Positions 1 through 9,622 of a stretch of DNA of 64,000 nucleotides are shown in pieces. The DNA lies in the NCBI GenBank assembly GCA_032128875.1, contig JAVLKG010000003.1, positions 545,008-609,007 of the forward strand, given 5' to 3'. This stretch comes from Candidatus Melainabacteria bacterium 17Bon1m (GTDB lineage: Bacteria; Cyanobacteriota; Vampirovibrionia; Obscuribacterales; Obscuribacteraceae). The translations under genes and the position numbers were made by a program. Positions within the stretch are counted from its first letter, which is position 1; each line of letters starts with the position of its first letter. Under the pieces are notes generated by a model. The model ran no database searches and was not told where the DNA came from. It saw only the letters and a program-made list of their open reading frames with translations.

Positions 1-58
1 CCTGCCGCTTATCAAAGCCGGACAGAAGCGCGTCAAAGACTCACTCTCGAAAGTGTAA
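1..58 (+). CDS. 3' end of an upstream CDS (partial, LPLIKAGQKRVKDSLSKV*)
   Basis: Open frame from the window edge to TAA at 56-58, followed by an inverted repeat (AAACAAC...GTTGTTT). Confidence 0.35.
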   Translation, partial: LPLIKAGQKRVKDSLSKV

Positions 59-176
59 ACAACAGAATCGGGTTGTTTGTAACCAGTTACGCCGGTTGTG
101 TAAACGCGGCGATGCCATGCGTCGAGCGCATAAAATTCTCTCGGCGCTTTCGGATATAATGCCTTCCGGATCACCT

Positions 177-264
177 GGAGAGGTGTCGGAGTGGTCTATC
201 GTGCAGTCCTGGAAAGACTGTTTGCGTCAAAAGCGCAACGAGGGTTCGAATCCCTCCCTCTCCG
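177..264 (+). tRNA. tRNA-Ser (anticodon GGA)
   Basis: Acceptor stem GGAGAGG/CCTCTCC; anticodon arm CAGTC-CTGGAAA-GACTG; long variable arm; GGTTCGAATCC T-arm; TATAAT at 155-160; no encoded CCA. Confidence 0.97.
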
Positions 265-703
265 AGTTTTATTTCGCTAAGCGATAGTCTGGCGCTCGTA
301 CGAGTTAAGTCATGCTCATACGTGACGGTTTTTATGCGGACATCTGGCACCGCCTGAAAACCTGTCGTAATATCTAAAGAGAAGTCTCTCAATAAGCTCT
401 GCAAGGAAAGAAAAATGTTGTAGCGAGTCCATGTTCGTCGCCAATCACCGTTTTGTGCGCTCACTGGAAGCCAAACACGGTCGGGTCTCGCGACGCCTGG
501 ACGGCTGGAGATTTCGAGAATTTTTGAAATCCGCATTCAGTCACAGTTTCACCCCGCGTGTTATTGGTCCTTGCTGTGCGTTGAGTTTTCCCGCCTGATA
601 ATCAGTTTTCTCTCAAGCGAAAGTCGTGCCAAGACGCCTTTGATTGGTCTGTCGCCTGACGGCGGCTACAGGCTCACACACTCTCAATTAAGTAGGAAAG
701 AAA

Positions 704-1762
704 ATGGAATCGCATTTTGTTGAAAAACTTGAAGAGATAGAAAAGGTTTACAACGAGCTTCAGGAAAAGCTCGCGGCAAACCCTGGCACGACTCAGGATT
801 ACAGAACTCTGAGAAATTTGGAGAAGACTGTTTCGCTCTTTCATGACTACCAACGAGTGGAAAAGGACATGAAAGGCGCTGAGGATATGGTGCGCAACGA
901 GACCGACAAAGAGCTCAAAGAAATGGCTGAATCCGAGCTTGCGGGGCTGAGGGAGAGAGAAGAAGATCTCTCGCAACGTCTCAAAATCCAGCTCTTGCCC
1001 AAAGATGCCAATGATGACAAAGACATCATGGTTGAAATCAGGGCAGGCGCCGGTGGTGATGAAGCCTCGATCTTTGCCGGCGATCTGCTGCGCATGTATT
1101 TGCGCTACGCCGACAAAATGGGCTGGACTCCGGAAATTGCCTCGCAGAACGAAGGAGAAGTAGGCGGTTTTAAGGAAGTGATCATCGCTTTTAAAGGTGA
1201 TGGTGCCTACAGTCGCATGAAATTCGAATCAGGCGTTCATCGTGTTCAGCGGGTTCCTGCCACTGAAGCGTCGGGTCGCGTACATACTTCGACAGCAACC
1301 GTGGCGGTAATGCCGGAAGCGGATGAAGTCGATATTCAGCTCAACGACAAGGATCTCGAAATCACAACTATGCGCTCGGGTGGTGCTGGCGGGCAGAACG
1401 TCAACAAGGTAGAAACAGCGGTGCGCATCGTGCACAAACCCTCTGGCCTCATGGTTGCGTGCTCGGAAGAAAGAAGTCAGTTGCAGAATAAAGAACGTGC
1501 CAAACAAATTTTGCGCGCCAAGTTGTACAAAATGGAACTGGAAGCGCAACAAAAGACGCTGATGGACGAGAAGCGCGCTCAGGTGGGCACGGGTGATCGT
1601 TCTGAAAAAATTCGCACTTACAATTTCAAAGACAATCGCATCACCGATCACCGCATCAACCAAAACTTCAATCTACAGTATGTTCTTGAAGGTGATTTAG
1701 AGAAGGTTATTGATGCCAACATCATGGCCGACAACGAACGAAAGCTGAAGGAGTCGCTCTAG
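704..1762 (+). CDS. prfA: Peptide chain release factor 1
   Basis: GGQ motif ([11 protein letters not shown]), RF1-type PxT loop (VPATE), [12 protein letters not shown]. Confidence 0.98.
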   Translation: MESHFVEKLEEIEKVYNELQEKLAANPGTTQDYRTLRNLEKTVSLFHDYQRVEKDMKGAEDMVRNETDKELKEMAESELAGLREREEDLSQRLKIQLLPKDANDDKDIMVEIRAGAGGDEASIFAGDLLRMYLRYADKMGWTPEIASQNEGEVGGFKEVIIAFKGDGAYSRMKFESGVHRVQRVPATEASGRVHTSTATVAVMPEADEVDIQLNDKDLEITTMRSGGAGGQNVNKVETAVRIVHKPSGLMVACSEERSQLQNKERAKQILRAKLYKMELEAQQKTLMDEKRAQVGTGDRSEKIRTYNFKDNRITDHRINQNFNLQYVLEGDLEKVIDANIMADNERKLKESL

Positions 1763-2671
1763 TTGTCGTCTGAAGTTGAGCCAGACTCGCTATCTTTTTC
1801 TGAATGCCAAACCATTCGTGAGGCTCGAGAGAAGGTTGTAAAAACGCTCAAAGATGTAGGAATTGAGCGCGTCGAAGTGCGTCGTGAAGCGGATTTGATC
1901 ATCGAGCACGTGACAAGGCTCAGTGCTGTTGAGCGTGAATTGAAATCTGATGAACCGCTCGCACCGGAGGCTCGGCAAGAGCTGGAAATGATTTTGAGTA
2001 GACGCGTAAAGCGTGAGCCTCTGCAGTATTGCTTGGGCTACGGCTGGTTTATGGGAATGCGCGTCGCGGTGCAGCCGGGTGTGTTTATTCCTCGCACCGA
2101 TACGGAAACGCTTTGCGACTTAACGACCAAGCGTCTCTTGAATATGGGCATCACGGGCGAGCTTCGCGTGCTCGAGGTGGGTGTCGGCAGCGGTTGTATC
2201 TCTGTCGCTATGCTGCGCGAGATTCCGAACTTACAGGTCGTCGGCGTTGATGTTTCACAAGACGCACTCGACGCCGCCCGGCTCAACGCGCGCACTTACG
2301 ATGTTTCCTCCAGATTGACTTTGAGCCATTGCGATTTTCGCGAATTCAGTCTCAGTGGTTTTCATGCGATCGTTTCCAATCCTCCTTATATTCCTAAGCC
2401 GATATTCGACAACCTGGAGCCCGAAGTGCGTGATTTCGAGCCGTCTCAGGCACTGATAGGCTGGGGTGAAGATGGGATGGATTTCTATCGTTTGTTTGCG
2501 AATTTTGCTCTGCCTAAACTAATTCCGCCATTCGGATTTGCTGCAGTGGAAGTGGGAGATGGGCAATCCGAGCCTGTCATGAAGATCATGCGCGGCGCTG
2601 GAATGAACAAAGTCGAATGCATTGAAGATGTAAACGGACTGCCGCGTGTCGTGGTCGCGGGAATTGCGTAA
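1763..2671 (+). CDS. prmC: Release factor glutamine methyltransferase (HemK/PrmC)
   Basis: REPLQY, FIPRTDTE, SAM motif EVGVGSG, NPPY; directly abuts prfA. Confidence 0.95.
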   Translation: MSSEVEPDSLSFSECQTIREAREKVVKTLKDVGIERVEVRREADLIIEHVTRLSAVERELKSDEPLAPEARQELEMILSRRVKREPLQYCLGYGWFMGMRVAVQPGVFIPRTDTETLCDLTTKRLLNMGITGELRVLEVGVGSGCISVAMLREIPNLQVVGVDVSQDALDAARLNARTYDVSSRLTLSHCDFREFSLSGFHAIVSNPPYIPKPIFDNLEPEVRDFEPSQALIGWGEDGMDFYRLFANFALPKLIPPFGFAAVEVGDGQSEPVMKIMRGAGMNKVECIEDVNGLPRVVVAGIA

Positions 2672-2727
2672 AGAGATGTAAAAAATGAGGTTTTACTGCT
2701 AGAATATTTTAGAAAAGCTCTTATCCG

Positions 2728-3615
2728 GTGATGCTTATGGAAGACGGCATACTCAAGGCGATATCCAACGACGGCACAATAAGAGCAGTAATAGCCACCA
2801 CTACCAGCCTGGTAGAGGAAGCGCGTCAAAGGCACAACCTCTCCTTTACAGCGACAGCAGCCCTCGGTCGAGCAATGACTGCGGGCGTTCTTTTAACTCC
2901 GGTTGTTGCGCGAGAGGGACAGGTAACCTTGAAGTTCCAGGGCAACGGACCTCTGGGCAAAGTCATGGTTGATGCGTCACCAAAGGGCACAGTTAGAGGC
3001 TTTGTAGAAAATCCCCAGGTTGAGTTACCACTGAACTCCCTGGGGAATTTTGATGTTGGGGGGGCAATCGGGTCAACCGGATATTTGCACGTCACTATCG
3101 ATCATGGCTTCGGACGCGCTCATACATCGACTGTCGAATTGGAATCGGGTGAGGTCGGTGAAGACATCAACCGTTATCTTGTCGTCTCGGATCAGACCGG
3201 TTCGATTGTTGTTGTCGGCACTCATATGAACGCTCGTGGCGTGGAGGCAGCCGGTGGGCTCATCGTGCAACTATTGCCGGATCATACGGAAGAGACGATT
3301 TGCCGAATCGAAAACAACATAACCACATTTGGCACCTTCACTTTCCTGATGCGCAGAGGCATGAGTCTCGAGCAAATTCTCGAGCGCATCCTGAGCGGTT
3401 TTGAAGTGGTGCCGATTGGCCGTGCCAAACCTCTCAAGTTTTATTGCAAGTGCTCCAGCGAACGCTTTGAAAAAGCGCTCCGCTGGATGGGCTCCAAAGA
3501 GCTGATCAGCATGGCGGAGGAAGATGGGCAAGCCGAAGGGCGTTGCCATTTTTGCAATGCCGTTTACCTGGTCGGCAAAGACCGCTTGCTGGACCTGGCA
3601 AGAGGCGGCAGCTAG
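2728..3615 (+). CDS. hslO: Hsp33 redox-regulated chaperone
   Basis: ATAALGR, GNGPLG, C-terminal CxC...CxxC zinc switch (CKC...CHFC). Confidence 0.95.
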   Translation: MMLMEDGILKAISNDGTIRAVIATTTSLVEEARQRHNLSFTATAALGRAMTAGVLLTPVVAREGQVTLKFQGNGPLGKVMVDASPKGTVRGFVENPQVELPLNSLGNFDVGGAIGSTGYLHVTIDHGFGRAHTSTVELESGEVGEDINRYLVVSDQTGSIVVVGTHMNARGVEAAGGLIVQLLPDHTEETICRIENNITTFGTFTFLMRRGMSLEQILERILSGFEVVPIGRAKPLKFYCKCSSERFEKALRWMGSKELISMAEEDGQAEGRCHFCNAVYLVGKDRLLDLARGGS

Positions 3616-3731
3616 AAGATTAGGAAAATGATCGCGTAGAAAAATCATCGCAGGTAGCCTATTGTTTTTAGGCGCGGGCGCCCGTATTCTAAGCGTCAGC
3701 TCAGCAGCTCATGCACAGAAAACGGCAGCAG

Positions 3732-4307
3732 ATGGCACTTATCAATTACCCGAAGCGTGAAATTGTCTATAAGGTCGTCTATTACGGCACCGGACTTGGT
3801 GGCAAGACTACAAATTTGCGTTATCTGCACGCCAATCTGGACTCTTCTGTCCGGGGTGAGCTTGTGACCGTCGCCACCGAGACGGAGCGCACTCTTTTCT
3901 TCGACTTCATGCCGCTAGATCTCGGAGAAGTCGAGGGGTATAAGGCGCGTTTTGCGCTTTACACAGTCCCTGGCCAAATTGAGTATGGCGAAAGCAGGCG
4001 CATGATTCTTAAAGGCGCCGACGGAATCATCTTTGTCGCAGATTCCAGCGCGGTGCGTCGCCAGGCCAACATCGAAGCTTTGCAGGGAATGATGGATAAC
4101 TTAAAAGAACACAAGCTAAGCCTTACCGGCGTCCCTTGGGTTCTTCAGTACAACAAGCGCGATTTGACCGACGCTTTGCCAATTGAAACGCTTGAGAAGG
4201 ATCTCAATCAGACCAAAGTGCCCTCTTTTGAAGCCGTGGCGACCGAGGGCAAGGCGGTATTCGGGACATTGAAAACCCTCAGCCAAATGGTCGTTCAAAA
4301 ACAATAG
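3732..4307 (+). CDS. mglA: MglA-family small Ras-like GTPase (copy 1, more diverged)
   Basis: [41 protein letters not shown] at 3732 aligns with the start of copy 2. Confidence 0.9.
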   Translation: MALINYPKREIVYKVVYYGTGLGGKTTNLRYLHANLDSSVRGELVTVATETERTLFFDFMPLDLGEVEGYKARFALYTVPGQIEYGESRRMILKGADGIIFVADSSAVRRQANIEALQGMMDNLKEHKLSLTGVPWVLQYNKRDLTDALPIETLEKDLNQTKVPSFEAVATEGKAVFGTLKTLSQMVVQKQ

Positions 4308-4440
4308 ATTTTTGCCGGGCTAAATTTAGCCGGCTGGTCAAAACTTTCTTAACCAGACCTTTTCTGTTCTCTTTTGATGAGCAGTTTTTCAGCGCCGGTC
4401 AGGCTTGTAGGATTTTGATAGTAAATCTGAAAAACAAAGA

Positions 4441-4462
4441 CAGGCGCACCGGGATGCGCCTG
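4441..4462. terminator. GC-rich hairpin between convergent mglA copy 1 and rpmB
   Basis: CAGGCGCA-CCGGGA-TGCGCCTG with A/T-rich flanks. Confidence 0.6.
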
Positions 4463-4502
4463 CAAATTTTATCTGTCACTAAGTCGATGCTTGATGCTCA
4501 GA

Positions 4503-4706
4503 CTAAAGTGCACGCTGGACTTTGCCGGCTTTCAGGCAAGAGGTGCAAACTTTCATCTTTTTGACGGTGTTTTGCAATTTAACTCTGACTGGTTGCAGGT
4601 TTGGCAGCCAGCGTCTCTTGTTGTGTGGGTTCCAGTGAGAACGCAAAAAGGTATAGCTGCGTCCGGTTGACGGACCCTTTTCGCACACATCGCAACGTTT
4701 TGCCAT
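4503..4706 (-). CDS. rpmB: 50S ribosomal protein L28 (zinc-binding type)
   Basis: MAKRCDVC...KRRWLPNLQ...VCTSCLK; ATG at 4706. Confidence 0.95.
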   Translation of the reverse strand: MAKRCDVCEKGPSTGRSYTFLRSHWNPHNKRRWLPNLQPVRVKLQNTVKKMKVCTSCLKAGKVQRAL

Positions 4707-4746
4707 TTCCCTAATTCCCAAATATTGGTTGGTTTGCCATTTTTAA

Positions 4747-4848
4747 CGCTCTGAGATCACCAGCCGATGGCTTCAGAACGCACCCCTGTCTTGTTTCAGG
4801 GGAGCCAGAAGCCGTCGCCGTCGGCATTTACAGCCGAGGTGATGAGCG
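4747..4848. ncRNA. Candidate structured RNA or cis-element (three-way junction) upstream of rpmB
   Basis: Five complementary segment pairs seen by eye (see findings). Confidence 0.4.
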
Positions 4849-5211
4849 GACCGTGAATTTTACCACGAAAGGCTTTGCACGCGAAGTACTTAGGCTGTTT
4901 GTAAGCAGTAAGACCGAAAGGAACATTTACACTAAACCACTCCAACGTCGGCCTTGTACGTGGTAGTCTGTTTTTGGGGTTACAGCTTTGGCTGGCGTTG
5001 TCAGGCAAATAAACCTAACCGGGAAATCAAGCAGCCGTTTTTTGACTGTCTTAATTAACTGTGTCCCCCCCTTCCCCCAGATCGAGATCAATTCTCGTAA
5101 GATCACTTCTAATGCTGTCCCAATCGTGGTATCAATTCCTGTTGTCGCCCCACCGAGCGCTTGAAATCCAAGTGCGTCGTGGCGGAACGGCGTTGGGGTA
5201 GGAAGGCAAGG

Positions 5212-5790
5212 ATGGCTTTAGTAAATTACGCGGCACGCGAAATCAATTGCAAAATCGTCTATTACGGCACCGGTCTTGGTGGCAAAACGACGAATCTTAA
5301 GTACATTCACAGCCAATTGGCTCCGACCACCAGAGGCGAGCTGATTTCTTTGGCGACAGAGACTGAAAGAACCTTGTTCTTCGACTTCTTGCCATTGGAC
5401 TTGGGTTCGGTTCAGGGCTTCAAAACCAGATTCTCTCTTTACACAGTTCCTGGTCAGGTTGAATACAACGCATCCAGAAAACTGATTCTGAATGGTGTAG
5501 ACGGCATCATCTTTGTTGCCGACTCTGACGTCATGCGCTCGAAAGACAATGTCGAGTCCCTTCAAAACATGATTGAGAATTTGGCTGAATACAGCCTGAC
5601 GCTCGACAACATTCCGTGGGTTCTCCAGTACAACAAGCGCGACTTGGCAAACGCAATGCCTATCGAGCGTATGGAGAAAGAGCTCAATATTCGTGGCGTC
5701 CCGAGTTTCGAAGCCGTCGCTTCTGAAGGTCTCGGTGTGTTCGCTACCTTGAAGGCGATTTCCAAGCTGATTCTCAACAGACTTCAGTAA
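5212..5790 (+). CDS. mglA: MglA-family small Ras-like GTPase (copy 2, close to Myxococcus MglA)
   Basis: [62 protein letters not shown]. Confidence 0.95.
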   Translation: MALVNYAAREINCKIVYYGTGLGGKTTNLKYIHSQLAPTTRGELISLATETERTLFFDFLPLDLGSVQGFKTRFSLYTVPGQVEYNASRKLILNGVDGIIFVADSDVMRSKDNVESLQNMIENLAEYSLTLDNIPWVLQYNKRDLANAMPIERMEKELNIRGVPSFEAVASEGLGVFATLKAISKLILNRLQ

Positions 5791-5811
5791 TTGGATTCAA
5801 AGCAATTTTGC

Positions 5812-5842
5812 AAGGGGTGCGTAACTGCGCCCCTTTTGTTTT
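5812..5842 (+). terminator. Intrinsic terminator after mglA copy 2
   Basis: AAGGGGTGC-GTAACT-GCGCCCCTT followed by TTGTTTT. Confidence 0.8.
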
Positions 5843-5998
5843 AGGTCCCGTTTCGTTCGCCATGCGATTTGTTTGCGAAAAACCGGCTATCGCGCGCATA
5901 CGTGGCGCATATAAGCGTTTTTTTTCATTGGCGGTTCTGGCGCCGATCTTTTAGTCTTATTGGCATAGGGACTAGTTTTCATTGCCAGGTCTCTTAAT

Positions 5999-8860
5999 TT
6001 GCCAACCAGCACGAGCAACTCAAGACCGACCAGGGAAGCAGAGCTTTCCGCGTTGCGTCGCGCTGTCATTGTAGAAAGGCGGGCACGCTACGCTGACTTC
6101 CAGGGTAAGCGCACGACCTTTTCTACCTTCATGCGCATGACTGCTGAGCGCCTCACCCGAAGGTTTCCAATGGAAACGGTTTGGGTCACGGTTCGTGCGC
6201 TCTTCAGGCAATATCCGAATGTGGATGTGGCGACCAGAATTTCCATTATTCGCCGCACTGAAGAACTTATAGGACCGCTTCTGGAGACAGCTGAGGAGCG
6301 CGAGACGGCGACTGCAGACATCGGTGACATAGATGATGAGTCCGGTGCAATGACCGGGGGCAGTGAGCACGCTGATGAGTCTTCCGGTGACGCTGCTAGT
6401 AAAGCGGTCGGCGAATTGGCAGCGGGAGCTACAAGAATTCGTGACATTAACCGACCCGCTTCCGACTACAGCGATACGAAATCAAGCAAAGAGAAGGCTG
6501 TAAAGTCCTCGCATTCGACGTCAAGCAATCAGTCTTCGACCCAAATATCTAAAAGTTCAGTTACAAACGCAGAGAATTCATCTGAAAAAAAATCGTTGGG
6601 TCAAACCAAGACAAACGGACGTCATGTTGTTTCAGAGCCGGCTCAAACAACTAGTTTTGAGACAGGTGAAAAGCCAAGTATCGTTGCGAGTTCTAGCGCG
6701 GCGGCTGACAAGTCGAAAAAGCACAGCAACGATCCCGCCGAAGTTGGAGTTCAATTTGTAAAAGGTGTTGGACCGAAGATTGCAGCGCTGCTGAAAAATC
6801 TTGGCATCGAGACTGCCGCTGACCTTTTGCGACACTATCCGCGAAAACATTTGGATTTTCAAAATCGCCTTCCCATCCGCCAATTGAAGATTGGCATGGA
6901 AGCCACCGTATTTGCTCAAATCAGGCAGGTGTCTGCTTATCAATCTAAGCGAAGCAACATTTCAATTGTGAATGTTGTCCTTTCGGATGGCACCGGGAGT
7001 TTATCGATTACACGTTTCATCGGTGGCAAAGGCAATAAATATCTGCTTGACCGGTATAAAGATCAGTTTCCAAAAGGCGCAACCGTTATAGCTTCCGGTG
7101 TGGTCGAACGCGATAAGTATTCAAATAAGCTCGCGCTGAAAAACGCTGAAGTTGAAATTCTTGGTGTTCTTGACGAGGGCGGCGGGATTGAAGACCTGCA
7201 AAGCCAAAGCATTCACCTCGGTCGCCTGGTTCCAGTCTATGCTCTTACTGAAGGCCTTAGCCTGCGGTATTTGCGCAACGTCATCAAGAATGCGCTGGAT
7301 GCTTTTGGCGATCATTTAGAAGATCCAGTCCCATCAGACATCAGGCAAAAATTGAACCTGATGGATTTGCGCACGGCGCTCACAAACATGCATTTTCCTG
7401 ATGTGCCTGAGCAGAAAGATGAAGCCAGGCGCCGTCTAGTCTTTGATGAGCTGTTTCAGATACAACTTTTGCTTGCTCGCCGGCGCTACAAATTTGAGCA
7501 AACTGAAAACGCTCTGTCGATTGAGCTTGTTGAAAATGGCTTAGTTAAGGCGCTTGTAGAAAAGCTGCCGTTCTCACTCACTAAGGCTCAGTTAAGGGTG
7601 TTCGGCGAAATCGGTAGAGATTTGGCTTCTCCTAAGCCTATGCATCGCCTTGTTCAAGGTGATGTCGGCTCCGGAAAAACCATTGTCGCCATGATGGCCT
7701 GTTTGGTTGCAGTCGACAACAAGTTTCAAGCCGTGGTTATGGCGCCCACGGAAATTCTTGCTGAGCAGCATTACAAGCAGTTCAAAGAGCGGCTTGCACC
7801 ACTCGGTTTGCGAGTTGGATTTGTGGTTGGAAAACAAGGCGCCAAGGAGCGCCGAGAGGTTTTGCAAGACATTCGCTCCGGTCAGGTTCATGTTGCCGTC
7901 GGAACTCATGCGCTGTTGGAAGATGCGGTTGAGTTTCCCAATCTCGGCTTAATTGTCATTGATGAACAGCATCGTTTTGGGGTAAAACAGCGTGCACGGT
8001 TGAAAGCGAAGAGCATGACGCCGGAGCTTCTAACCATGACTGCGACGCCGATTCCGCGAACACTGGCGCTGACCATGCATGGCGATCTTGATGTTTCTGA
8101 AATCGATGAATTGCCACCTGGCAGAAAGCCGGTCGAGACTAAATTGCTTCGCCCTTCTGAGAAGAAGCAAGCGTATGCGCTGATGAAAGAGCAGATCGAA
8201 AAAGGGCGGCAAGCCTATATTGTCTTCCCTCTCATCGAAGAGTCTGAAAGCCTTTCTGCGAAGGCTGCTACTCAGGAATACGAGAAGCTTAAGGATGGAG
8301 TCTTCAAAGAATTCAAGCTCGGTTTGATGCACGGCAAACTCAAACCGCAAGAGAAAGACGAAATTATGGATCGCTTCCGCAAAGGCGAGTTCCACATTCT
8401 TGTCTCTACAACAGTTATCGAAGTCGGCGTTGACGTCCCCAACTCCACAGTAATGATGATTGAAAACGCGGACCGATTCGGCTTGGCACAGTTGCACCAG
8501 TTGCGTGGACGTGTCGGTAGAGGTGCTGATCAATCGTATTGTTTCCTCGTCGCAGATATGAAGTCAGAACAAACGCGCCATCGTTTGGAAATCATGGAGC
8601 AGACCAATGACGGTTTTGTTGTCGCCGAGCGTGACCTGGAAATCCGCGGACCAGGCGAGTTTACCGGCTATAGACAAAGTGGCTTGCCGGACATGATTCT
8701 TGCTGATCTGGTAAAAGACACGCCAATTTTGGAAGACGCGCGTAACACTGCAATTGAGCTCGTTAAGCGCGATCCGGAGCTAACCGGCTGTCCCGCGCTT
8801 TTGAAAAACATCGAACGCAAAATGTCTTCTATTGAAGGCGATTTAGTAAGGTCTGGCTAA
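5999..8860 (+). CDS. recG: ATP-dependent DNA helicase RecG with N-terminal extension
   Basis: QGDVGSGKT, DEQHRFG, MTATPIPRTL, QLRGRVGRG, RGPGE; TTG start uncertain. Confidence 0.96.
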   Translation: MPTSTSNSRPTREAELSALRRAVIVERRARYADFQGKRTTFSTFMRMTAERLTRRFPMETVWVTVRALFRQYPNVDVATRISIIRRTEELIGPLLETAEERETATADIGDIDDESGAMTGGSEHADESSGDAASKAVGELAAGATRIRDINRPASDYSDTKSSKEKAVKSSHSTSSNQSSTQISKSSVTNAENSSEKKSLGQTKTNGRHVVSEPAQTTSFETGEKPSIVASSSAAADKSKKHSNDPAEVGVQFVKGVGPKIAALLKNLGIETAADLLRHYPRKHLDFQNRLPIRQLKIGMEATVFAQIRQVSAYQSKRSNISIVNVVLSDGTGSLSITRFIGGKGNKYLLDRYKDQFPKGATVIASGVVERDKYSNKLALKNAEVEILGVLDEGGGIEDLQSQSIHLGRLVPVYALTEGLSLRYLRNVIKNALDAFGDHLEDPVPSDIRQKLNLMDLRTALTNMHFPDVPEQKDEARRRLVFDELFQIQLLLARRRYKFEQTENALSIELVENGLVKALVEKLPFSLTKAQLRVFGEIGRDLASPKPMHRLVQGDVGSGKTIVAMMACLVAVDNKFQAVVMAPTEILAEQHYKQFKERLAPLGLRVGFVVGKQGAKERREVLQDIRSGQVHVAVGTHALLEDAVEFPNLGLIVIDEQHRFGVKQRARLKAKSMTPELLTMTATPIPRTLALTMHGDLDVSEIDELPPGRKPVETKLLRPSEKKQAYALMKEQIEKGRQAYIVFPLIEESESLSAKAATQEYEKLKDGVFKEFKLGLMHGKLKPQEKDEIMDRFRKGEFHILVSTTVIEVGVDVPNSTVMMIENADRFGLAQLHQLRGRVGRGADQSYCFLVADMKSEQTRHRLEIMEQTNDGFVVAERDLEIRGPGEFTGYRQSGLPDMILADLVKDTPILEDARNTAIELVKRDPELTGCPALLKNIERKMSSIEGDLVRSG

Positions 8861-9058
8861 AAGCCGGCTGGTTACTAAAATAAAGGGTCAGCTCGTGAGC
8901 AGACCCTCGTAGTCAACATGCAGAAAAAAAACTAGTGTTCCTTCCTCATCGTAGCAATGGACTCTTGCAAAATGCTTGCTCGAAACAAAATGCAGCGACG
9001 CAAGGATTTCGCAAGTTGAATGGTGGCAATAATGTGCCACCACTATGGAGGAATTGTT

Positions 9059-9286
9059 ATGAAGGCAAATGCGTTATTGGTAGCGCTTATGATTCTTGGA
9101 TGCAGTTCTGGTGCTGCTTTCGCTCAGGAATCTGATGCCTCTGCACCGGCACAAACTGAAAGTACAACAACCTCGAGCGAAACGACTACAACCGAAGAGA
9201 AAAAGAACGACGGCGATACAAAGTCTACTGAAAAGAAAACGACTAAAAAGGAGAAGACCAAAAAGAAATCTAAGAGCACCAAGTAG
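9059..9286 (+). CDS. Small secreted Thr-rich/Lys-rich protein
   Basis: GGAGG RBS, signal peptide ending AFA, T/E-rich middle, K-rich tail. Confidence 0.75.
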   Translation: MKANALLVALMILGCSSGAAFAQESDASAPAQTESTTTSSETTTTEEKKNDGDTKSTEKKTTKKEKTKKKSKSTK

Positions 9287-9312
9287 TTACATGGAAAGTG
9301 AGTCACCCGAAT

Positions 9313-9540
9313 ATGAGTAAAAACCTGATTGTGGGCATGATCTTGGGGTGTATCGTGCTCTTGAACGGCTGCGGCCAACAGAGCGGCGAAACCTCAACAA
9401 CCACTACAACTGAAACGGAGCAGACGACCACTGCAACCGATACTACAACTGATGCAACTTCCGACGATAGCTCGGAACAAGCTGCTGACGAAGAGAAGAA
9501 GCCGGAAGAGAAGCCTAAAGCAAAGAAAAAGGCTCACTAA
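9313..9540 (+). CDS. Small Thr-rich/Lys-rich lipoprotein
   Basis: Lipobox LNGC, T/D/E-rich middle, K-rich tail. Confidence 0.75.
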   Translation: MSKNLIVGMILGCIVLLNGCGQQSGETSTTTTTETEQTTTATDTTTDATSDDSSEQAADEEKKPEEKPKAKKKAH

Positions 9541-9560
9541 TCCAGCGTTTAGTCGATCTA

Positions 9561-9596
9561 GAGGGAAGCTGGTTTGGACCGGCTTTCTTTCTTTTT
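9561..9596 (+). terminator. Intrinsic terminator
   Basis: AGGGAAGCTGGT...ACCGGCTTTCTT followed by a T-run. Confidence 0.7.
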
Positions 9597-9622
9597 GTGT
9601 TTAGTAGCTCCGGCCGATCCGC

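Noticed and set aside
96-536. ORFs 96-287 (+) and 171-536 (-)
   Set aside because: They overlap tRNA-Ser and have no recognisable motifs
4747-4848. TPP riboswitch, SRP RNA or 6S RNA identity
   Set aside because: TPP-like words are in the wrong order with no ACCTGA; the SRP domain IV motif is absent; too short and branched for 6S
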